A DNA stretch of 64,000 nt, taken from NCBI GenBank assembly GCA_017999835.1, contig JAGNLA010000002.1, positions 99,635 to 163,634 on the forward strand. Direction: 5' to 3'. Of this stretch, positions 39,158 through 46,804 are shown in pieces. Source of the DNA: Caldisericia bacterium (GTDB lineage Bacteria > Caldisericota > Caldisericia > JAAYUI01). Position 1 is the first letter of the stretch, and each line of letters starts with the position of its first letter. The notes beneath the pieces were generated by a model. It saw nothing but the letters and a program-made list of their open reading frames with translations. It did not search any database and was not told the DNA's origin. The translations under genes were made by a program, and so were the position numbers.

Positions 39158-40564
39158 ATGACAGTAGTCAAAAAAAAGAAAAAACACGGCAAGAAAAAAA
39201 ACAAACTCGGGAGAGTGCTGTTTCGGTTAATACTTCTGCTTGGTCTTCTTGCGTTAATTATTTTCCTGGCTGTAAAGGCTTTCAGCTGGTTGTCAGGCGT
39301 TGTCACCGGCAACCAGGAACCAGTGACGGTCTATTACTATGACGACATCATCGGCACACTCGTGCCATTCGAACACAAAGTTGATGCCAGCGACGGGCTG
39401 CCTCAGGCCATTGTACGTGAAATCTGTGCCGGACCTGCTGCAACAGATCATGCCGTCAGGACGGTTGCCAAAGGCACCAAGCTATTGTCACTGGAAATTG
39501 TCGACAAGACAGCTGTGGTCAATCTTTCAGGCGAAGCCCAGACTCCGGTTCCACCGTGTCCAGAAGACATGAGCCTGCTCTCGATAACAAACTCCCTGTG
39601 CGGAGTTGACGGCATTGAATCAGTAAGATACCAGATTGATGCGGTAACACCAGCAATCTATTGGATCGAAACAGCACTCAATCAGGAATTCAGAAAACAG
39701 GACTTAAAAATCCCGGCAGTGGAACATTTCTCCGTTTATTTTCCTGAAAAACGAGACAGATACGTCGCCCGCGAGGAAGTGACGGTTAAAAAAACCGATC
39801 TCGTAAAGGACAAAGCTAGACTCGTGCTTCAAAGGTTCATCCAGGGGCCAAAGCTTCAGGCATTGAAAGGCCCTTTATCAAAAGAAACAAAAATCCTTGG
39901 CCTGACCTTTGCCGGCAGCAAGCTGACGATAAACCTGTCATCTGCAGGACTCAACCTCAACACCGACGCAAAAGGCGAGCTGTTGTTTGCGCAATCGATC
40001 GTGTGGACTCTCACAGATATTAAAAACGTCAGGATCGTTCAGTTTCTTGTCGATGGCAAGCCAGCATCGTCAATTGGTGGGCACATCTCATTTTCAGACG
40101 AATTCACAAGGCTTGACCAGAGATTGATTGAAAACCCAGAGGAATCCGTCGGCAGCACGTCCATTATAAACCTGGCAGCCGACCTTGGTGACGGCATCTA
40201 CGTCATTGTGCCAAGGATAAGGTTCCTTACCGGCCCAGCTTTTGAACGCGAGCCTCTGGACAAGCTGTTTGCTGGCCCAAGCCCAACGGAAAAAGAACTG
40301 GAGATCATTTCCTGCATCCCAATTGACACAGAGCTCAAAGATATCAAGTTCAGCGATGGCCAAATCAATGTTTATCTCTCAGCCGAAGCCACAAAAACCC
40401 CAAACAAGGCCATTGAAGAAGCTTTCATTGAGCAAATAGTCAGAACCGCAACAGAGACCGATGAGAACAGGCTTTCCAGAGTTACCTTTTTCATAGACGG
40501 CGAAGCCAGGGAGAGCCTGCCAAATGGCACTCCCATCAGCAAAAGAGCGCGGCAGGTGCAATGA
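39158..40564 (+). CDS. Membrane-anchored protein with two GerMN (sporulation / germination-like) domains.
   Basis: Lys-rich N-terminus with a TM anchor. 'VTVYYYDDIIGTLVPFEHKVDASDGLPQAIVREICAGP' is a typical GerMN segment. Confidence 0.55.
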   Translation: MTVVKKKKKHGKKKNKLGRVLFRLILLLGLLALIIFLAVKAFSWLSGVVTGNQEPVTVYYYDDIIGTLVPFEHKVDASDGLPQAIVREICAGPAATDHAVRTVAKGTKLLSLEIVDKTAVVNLSGEAQTPVPPCPEDMSLLSITNSLCGVDGIESVRYQIDAVTPAIYWIETALNQEFRKQDLKIPAVEHFSVYFPEKRDRYVAREEVTVKKTDLVKDKARLVLQRFIQGPKLQALKGPLSKETKILGLTFAGSKLTINLSSAGLNLNTDAKGELLFAQSIVWTLTDIKNVRIVQFLVDGKPASSIGGHISFSDEFTRLDQRLIENPEESVGSTSIINLAADLGDGIYVIVPRIRFLTGPAFEREPLDKLFAGPSPTEKELEIISCIPIDTELKDIKFSDGQINVYLSAEATKTPNKAIEEAFIEQIVRTATETDENRLSRVTFFIDGEARESLPNGTPISKRARQVQ

Positions 40565-42132
40565 AAAAAATCCTGGCTGTCTCTTTGATATTCATGACAC
40601 TCTTGTGTGGTTGGCAGCCAGAAACCCAATACCTGGTTGTTGTCGACAAACCCGCTGGTGAAGTGGTGCAAGTCATTGACGGCAAATATCACTGCATTGT
40701 CAGGGCATCGCAAATACCAGACGGAGCAACCATTAAATCAGCTCTGCCAACCTTTCAGGCTCTGGGCCAATTCCATGACTACGCAAAGGTAGGCAAGGAG
40801 CTTCGGGAACTTGAGGTAAAATATCCAGGAAGATGCTCTGTATACGACATTGGTGACTCCATCGAAGGCAGAGACATCCTCGCTATAAGATTTCAACCAT
40901 TAAAACCTGCTCCGGCCATACTTTTTGTGGGTGAACATCATGCCAGGGAATGGATGAGCGTTGAAGTACCAATGGCTCTGGCAAAGCTTTTTGCCGAGAA
41001 TCCAGAAAAAGACCAAAGAATTGAACAATGGCTTTCTCAATATGACATCTGGATCGTCCCAATGCTCAACCCCGACGGTCACCAGTACAGCATCGACAAG
41101 GACAGACTGTGGAGAAAAAACAGGAGACCCCTTGTTGCCGCTTTCGGCGTTGATCTCAACAGAAACTACGCTTACAAATGGAGCAACATGGGCGCCTCTG
41201 GCAACTTCGAGTCTGATATCTACCAGGGAGCAGATGAATTCTCGGAGCCCGAGACTCAGGCGATTCGAAATCTTGCCGACAACATCCCTGTCTTTGGTGC
41301 AATAACCTTTCACACTTATGGCAATATGATCATCCATTCCTGGAATTACGGTTATGAAAAAGCTCCGTATTTTGAAAAACTCAGAAATATCGGTCTTGCC
41401 ATGGCAAAACTCTCAGGCCCAAACAATGATTCAGAAAGCAAAAAAACAGACTATCTTTACGAGGTAATGGAAGGTTCGAAACTCTATCCTGCCTCGGGCG
41501 ACATGTGCGACTACCTCTACTCTACGTGGGGAGCACCAACATATACTTACGAAATGACTCGCTCGGCTGGTGGATTTGTCAACGATGAAAGCGAAATCCA
41601 ACCAACAGTTGACCTTGTTGTTCCAATGGCTCTTGAGTTCTTTGACGCCCTGCCAAAAGAGTTTTGCATGGTCTACGGCAAAGCTACCGATGGCAACGGC
41701 AACCCTGTAGCAACTGATCTTTTCTACAAAAACATCGAGTTTGCAATCAAGACAGACCCACAGACCGGAAGGTTTCATCATGTTCTCCCCAAAGGGCAAG
41801 GTTTTATCCGCTACAAAGTCAATGGCAAGGATACGATTTTGAAGGTGGATTTCCAAAAGGACACCAACATTTTGAACCTGATTGTAGGTAAATCCGACGT
41901 CTTTGACCTTTCAGGCGACGTTGTCGACAGCTCTGGCCAACCTTTCAAAGCAATCGTTTCTCTGTACGACCAGAAAAACACCGAAATCGCATTATTTAAA
42001 AACGTCTCTCATTTCTCGTTCAAAAGCGTCCCAAGCGGCAGCTATATCCTAAAGGTGTTAGGCATTGACCAAGTCAGGGAATACCAGATAACACTCTCCC
42101 GCAACCTTTCCATCACGGTCACAGCAAATTAA
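40561..42132 (+). CDS. Zinc carboxypeptidase (M14 family) lipoprotein with a C-terminal beta-sandwich domain.
   Basis: 'GEHHAREWMSVE' (HxxE zinc ligands), 'NPDGHQY', 'FHTYGNMIIHSW'. Confidence 0.8.
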   Translation: MKKILAVSLIFMTLLCGWQPETQYLVVVDKPAGEVVQVIDGKYHCIVRASQIPDGATIKSALPTFQALGQFHDYAKVGKELRELEVKYPGRCSVYDIGDSIEGRDILAIRFQPLKPAPAILFVGEHHAREWMSVEVPMALAKLFAENPEKDQRIEQWLSQYDIWIVPMLNPDGHQYSIDKDRLWRKNRRPLVAAFGVDLNRNYAYKWSNMGASGNFESDIYQGADEFSEPETQAIRNLADNIPVFGAITFHTYGNMIIHSWNYGYEKAPYFEKLRNIGLAMAKLSGPNNDSESKKTDYLYEVMEGSKLYPASGDMCDYLYSTWGAPTYTYEMTRSAGGFVNDESEIQPTVDLVVPMALEFFDALPKEFCMVYGKATDGNGNPVATDLFYKNIEFAIKTDPQTGRFHHVLPKGQGFIRYKVNGKDTILKVDFQKDTNILNLIVGKSDVFDLSGDVVDSSGQPFKAIVSLYDQKNTEIALFKNVSHFSFKSVPSGSYILKVLGIDQVREYQITLSRNLSITVTAN

Positions 42133-42195
42133 ACAATCAACACAATAAAACCTTTTGCAAACCACTGGAGTATTCTTTTTAAAAGGAGGCAATCC

Positions 42196-44733
42196 TTGAA
42201 CAAGATTGTTATGCTTGTGTGCGCCTTGCTGGCCATTCCAGCATTTGGCATTCATAATTCGTCATCAGAGGACTTGCCCAAACCCTGGCCGCAGTTTGCC
42301 TGTGACATTGCGCACTCGTCTGTGGCTTCGGACAAATGGGACTACAAAACGTACAAAACACCGGCATGGATACTGACAATGAAAGGCACAGACGGATTTT
42401 CTCGAAATCCAGTCATTGACAAAGGCTTGATGGTTATCGCCGATTCACAGCGGATTTATTGCATGGACGTGATCTCCGGTAAACAGAAATGGTCATCGGA
42501 CTTGGTCAACGGATGTGGCGGATCCTGCGCAATAATAGGCGATCGCGTGCTTGTTCCGACGTCAGGGAACATTCTTTCAATCGATTTGGCCACCGGCAAC
42601 GTTCAGGCTTCCCTGAGCATCGGATCAGCAACATCGCCAAGTTTTTATACAGATGACTACAGCAATACAGGCTTCTACTTCGGAGTCCCTGGGAAACCAG
42701 GCTACGCTGCCAAATACGACATAGATTCAGGCAGGAAAAGATGGGAGATGCAGACTGAATGGGGTTGCCCGGGTGCAATCGCCGTCAACACTGAGGAAGG
42801 CATCGCCGGTGTAACATCCCACTACAGTATCTATGCTCTCGATGAGATGTACGGCTCAATGGAAAGCCAGATTGAGACAGGAACCCAGTCTTTTGCAGCA
42901 ACGTCAGCCATCGACAGGTTCTGCGTCTACACCATGTCAGGCGGTGAAACATATTTGCTGCCAAAACTTTACGAAAAGTGGAACCCGATGATCATCGACT
43001 GTGGAGGATTCACCTTCTGGCCACCTGCCCAGTTTGGCAAAACACTCATCCAGGGCAATCAGGATGGCAGGCTGGTCAACTTCGATTTAACAGGCAAGGT
43101 CATCTGGGATGTCCAAATGCCAGGGCCGGTGACAAACGGTTCAACGGTCATGGACGGAACCGTGCTTGTGCCTGTCGGTGGCTCGGACAAAACAAAGTCA
43201 GGTGTCTACATCATGGATGCCAAAACCGGCTCGCAGATAGATTTCATCAACATTCAAGCCGAGTATGTCTTCCAGCCAGTCGTTGCCTGGCAGAGGATGT
43301 TTGTCGAGTATGGAAAGAACGAAAAATATACCAGCCGCTGGCTTGCCTGTTACGGCAAAAAACCAAGACCAGCCGACCAGGAACCAAAGCTGACAATCAA
43401 AGATTTTGTCATCACGACACAAGTGGCGTGGATGGGCGAAACACTCAAACAGGCAACACTGACAAACTCAGGCAAGGTCAAGCTCGACCTGCTGCTGACC
43501 GGCGACACGCTCATCACTCCAACCGTTGAAACAATGACGCTTGCGCCAGGTGCATCGGAAACACTGAGGATAAAAATTGTCGGCAAAAACAAACCCGGCA
43601 AATACACGCAAAAGATAAACTGCCACATCACCGATCCCGATTATGGCGACCAGTCGCTTGGCTACATAACGGCAATCATCACCATCACTGAGGCTGCTCC
43701 ACCTGAACCGCAGGATCAGCCGCCAAACCCGCCAAGAGAGCTGCAGGCAAGGGTGGTTTACGACTACATTCAACTGGAGTGGAAGCAACCTGACAAAGGA
43801 ACAGAACCTCTTGGGTACAACGTTTTCAGAACCGTCGGCACCGATGCGTTTCCAAAAGACCCGATAAACAAGTCCAAAATCACCGACCTGACATACGCCG
43901 ACAAGGAGGTCATTGCCGGGCTGCAATACACCTACAAAGTCGTTGCCCTTGGCAAGGCTGGATTGGTGTCCGACCCATCAAACACCGCAACAGCCGAAAT
44001 CCCAATAAAGCTGCTGGCTGTCAAGAACCTGAAAGCAGAAAAACAAGGCGAGGGCGTGCTTTTGACCTGGGAATCCGAGCAGCCTGTGACTTTTGTAATC
44101 GAGCGCAACGGCGACCAGGTAGGCATGACCTCAAATCTTCTGTTTTCTGACACAAACCCTCCCCAGGAAAAACTTATCTACAAGGTGTTTCCGAAGAAAG
44201 ACAACCAGTTTGGCCCTGAAGCTTTTGTCATCATTGACCTTTCTCCCCAAAAGCCACCTGACCCAGACCCAAATCCGGAACCCGAGCCTGAACCGCAACC
44301 AGAGCCGACGCCTGAAGAAAAAGAAGTCAAAATCGTTGTCGAGTTCACGGTTGGCAAGGAGATCGCCACAGTCAACGGAACGGCCAAGTTTTCAGGCGCA
44401 ATCCCGTTTATCAGTAACGGCAGGATGATGGTTCCATTCAGGTTTTTGGGTGAATCCATCGGCGCAAAGGTCAGCTACACATCAGACCCAAAAACCGGCA
44501 AAGTGTTGACTGTTACTTATGAGCTTGCCGGCAAAACCGTCCAGCTGGTCATGGGCTCAAAGACTGCAATTGTTGGCGAAGACAGCGTTGAGCTTGACGC
44601 CCCTCCACAGATTTCAGGTGGCAAAACCTATGTTCCTCTCAGGTTTGTCACGGCAGCGCTGGGTGGGACCGTGGACTGGAACGCTACAGAAAAGAAAGCA
44701 ACGATAACATATATCTCGAAGGTGAAGCCGTAG
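42196..44733 (+). CDS. Secreted PQQ-like beta-propeller / Fn3 protein with a Pro/Glu/Asp-rich linker and a C-terminal CAO-N domain.
   Basis: TTG start with RBS AAGGAGG. Linker 'PDPDPNPEPEPEPQPEPTPEE'. C-terminal 'NGRMMVPFRFLGESIGAKVSY...GGKTYVPLRFVTAALGGTVDW'. Confidence 0.55.
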   Translation: MNKIVMLVCALLAIPAFGIHNSSSEDLPKPWPQFACDIAHSSVASDKWDYKTYKTPAWILTMKGTDGFSRNPVIDKGLMVIADSQRIYCMDVISGKQKWSSDLVNGCGGSCAIIGDRVLVPTSGNILSIDLATGNVQASLSIGSATSPSFYTDDYSNTGFYFGVPGKPGYAAKYDIDSGRKRWEMQTEWGCPGAIAVNTEEGIAGVTSHYSIYALDEMYGSMESQIETGTQSFAATSAIDRFCVYTMSGGETYLLPKLYEKWNPMIIDCGGFTFWPPAQFGKTLIQGNQDGRLVNFDLTGKVIWDVQMPGPVTNGSTVMDGTVLVPVGGSDKTKSGVYIMDAKTGSQIDFINIQAEYVFQPVVAWQRMFVEYGKNEKYTSRWLACYGKKPRPADQEPKLTIKDFVITTQVAWMGETLKQATLTNSGKVKLDLLLTGDTLITPTVETMTLAPGASETLRIKIVGKNKPGKYTQKINCHITDPDYGDQSLGYITAIITITEAAPPEPQDQPPNPPRELQARVVYDYIQLEWKQPDKGTEPLGYNVFRTVGTDAFPKDPINKSKITDLTYADKEVIAGLQYTYKVVALGKAGLVSDPSNTATAEIPIKLLAVKNLKAEKQGEGVLLTWESEQPVTFVIERNGDQVGMTSNLLFSDTNPPQEKLIYKVFPKKDNQFGPEAFVIIDLSPQKPPDPDPNPEPEPEPQPEPTPEEKEVKIVVEFTVGKEIATVNGTAKFSGAIPFISNGRMMVPFRFLGESIGAKVSYTSDPKTGKVLTVTYELAGKTVQLVMGSKTAIVGEDSVELDAPPQISGGKTYVPLRFVTAALGGTVDWNATEKKATITYISKVKP

Positions 44734-44766
44734 AAGAACTGAAAAATTCTTCCTCTCGACGACGTG

Positions 44767-44836
44767 CCGGCGCTTGTGGACTTCCTCTACAAGCTCGAGA
44801 GGCACGACTACGGCCCATTCTGGCAAAAAAATATTC
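44767..44836 (+). repeat. Copy 2 of the 70-nt direct repeat, a non-coding fragment identical to the 3' end of CDS 3768..4970.
   Basis: 68/70 identity to 4891..4960. No start codon in frame. Sits between the stop of the propeller gene and the 3' end of the SIR2-like gene. Confidence 0.9.
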
Positions 44837-44865
44837 TGTTGTTCCAACAAACGAAATATGGTTAT

Positions 44866-46713
44866 TTACGATATAGGAAATGGAGGCGAAACAGCATACC
44901 AGTTCTGAGCTGATGTTTTTACTTGAATCGTATAATAACACGATGTTTGAGGATTTTTGATTCCAGAACTTTTATCAAATCTAATATCAAATTTTTCACA
45001 TTCTTTTATTGTCATTGGCAAAGTAATTGTTAATAAATTGCCATTAACCGTAGGTTTTATTTTTATCTTATACCATTTACTTATATTTCTAAAACCAATT
45101 CTTTTTAATAAACATTGTAGAAAGTTATGCTTGCTAACTGAGATCGTATTATTATCAATATTTTCTGGAATTGTAAAACCGATTGGGAATGCAATAGTAA
45201 TTGTATCTATATCATTAACCAATTTGATTTTATTATTCACTAAACGAATCTCTATGTCATCACTCATGCCAAGTTTATTATTCATAAATATAATAGGATT
45301 ATTTCTAATAAAATGAATTGTGTCTCTAATCTCGTATGGCTGAGATTTAAGCTTGTCCTCAGCGTTGTTAACTGCAATGCTTAAGTGATATAATCCACTT
45401 TTTGATGTGTTGATTAGGCGACAATTCGAATTGAAAACAAGACATAGTTTTCCTGATTGTTCTATCTTAAATCTATTTTGGAAAAAAATTCTAATTTTAT
45501 TATTATTTATGTATTCTATATTTTGCGCATGTTGAACTCCATAACCATAATAACTCCCAGGATACAAGATAATATTATCAGCAACTACCCTTTTGAAAAA
45601 TCTCAAATTTTTTAATAGAGATTTTTTTCTACCATGTTGAAAATCTATCTCAATCAATTTCAAATATTTATTTTTACTTTTACAGACATAGTTAAAAGCA
45701 ATAGCATATTCAGCACCAGATTGTAATGTCGCATTATGATTTACAGTAACATTTAATTCAGAAATAAAGATTTTTGGTATTTTTTGCTCATAATCGTCAT
45801 AGGAGACTTGAGCATTATCAGTTGATGAAAATTTCTCTGACTTTAATCTTTCATAGCTTTTCCATAATTGTTTAAAAAAATCATTACCATCTTGGACAAT
45901 TGGCTTAAAATCCAGCGAATCTAATAATTCTTTTGATTCTTCTTTAAATTCATACTTATCGATCCAATAATTGGTATATGCTTTATTATTAGTATATGAT
46001 TGTTTTATTATCTCTCTCAATCTAGAATCATATTTTGCTGACCAACCACAGATTATTACACCAAAATTATCGAAGATATCTGTCAATAATGAGTCGACAC
46101 TGGAATCAAAATTAGAAAGTTCTTGACTAGTATTTTTTAGTTCAGTATCCAGATAATCACCACATATTTTTATAAGAGATAAGTTTCTATTGGGCCAATC
46201 AGCAATAAAAGGTTTTTGATCAATAAAGCTATTCTTATCTATTATTCTTGAATAACCGATATCCTCTAGATGCAATTCCATTAATCTATCAAAGTTTGTT
46301 GTAATGATAATTTTTATTACATCTTCTTTTACTAATTTTACAATTACTTTATGTGCATTATCATCTTTGGAATTATATACGGTATCCATCTTGTGGAATG
46401 GTTCAAAGATTTCTTTTAAGTATAATCTTTTATCAGAATTTTTATTAAAATACCAGTCAATGATATCTGAATAATCAATATTTGTTTTACCTGTTTCAGT
46501 ATAATACCATTTCTCATAATCATTAAGATTCGAAAACTTTGATGAATTCATGCTGGCATACTTCTTTTTAATCAAATCCATTGATATCGAGTATGCCGTT
46601 GGTATTCCAGCAGATGTTGATAAACCAGAGCCAATTAATAGCACATATCCCCATTTATTGTTATCAAGCATACTTGCAATATTAGATATGGTTGAATCAT
46701 TTGAAGGTGACAT
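44866..46713 (-). CDS. SIR2-like (SIR2_2 / DHS-like NAD-binding) domain protein with an unrecognised ~360-aa C-terminal domain.
   Basis: N-terminal 'GSGLSTSAGIPT' (sirtuin GAGIS..GIP-like) and 'TTNFDRLME' (TTNYD-like). No Cys4 zinc ribbon. The gene is very AT-rich compared with its neighbours. Confidence 0.7.
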   Translation of the reverse strand: MSPSNDSTISNIASMLDNNKWGYVLLIGSGLSTSAGIPTAYSISMDLIKKKYASMNSSKFSNLNDYEKWYYTETGKTNIDYSDIIDWYFNKNSDKRLYLKEIFEPFHKMDTVYNSKDDNAHKVIVKLVKEDVIKIIITTNFDRLMELHLEDIGYSRIIDKNSFIDQKPFIADWPNRNLSLIKICGDYLDTELKNTSQELSNFDSSVDSLLTDIFDNFGVIICGWSAKYDSRLREIIKQSYTNNKAYTNYWIDKYEFKEESKELLDSLDFKPIVQDGNDFFKQLWKSYERLKSEKFSSTDNAQVSYDDYEQKIPKIFISELNVTVNHNATLQSGAEYAIAFNYVCKSKNKYLKLIEIDFQHGRKKSLLKNLRFFKRVVADNIILYPGSYYGYGVQHAQNIEYINNNKIRIFFQNRFKIEQSGKLCLVFNSNCRLINTSKSGLYHLSIAVNNAEDKLKSQPYEIRDTIHFIRNNPIIFMNNKLGMSDDIEIRLVNNKIKLVNDIDTITIAFPIGFTIPENIDNNTISVSKHNFLQCLLKRIGFRNISKWYKIKIKPTVNGNLLTITLPMTIKECEKFDIRFDKSSGIKNPQTSCYYTIQVKTSAQNWYAVSPPFPIS

Positions 46714-46804
46714 AATAAGATTATATATACTTTTTCAAGTAATAAAATACATTTATGTATACCATTCTGGAAAAATCCGAACTTTTCCGTTATCCTATCC
46801 CACC

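Noticed and set aside
44260-44320. Pro/Glu/Asp repeat (PDPDPNPEPEPEPQPEPTPEE) at the DNA level.
   Set aside because: This is an inter-domain linker inside CDS 42196..44733, not an independent repeat element or CRISPR-like array.
46550-46804. N-terminal extension of the argS ORF to 46550.
   Set aside because: The extension overlaps the SIR2-like gene start on the opposite strand. The ArgRS homology begins at MEPNTQ (46805).
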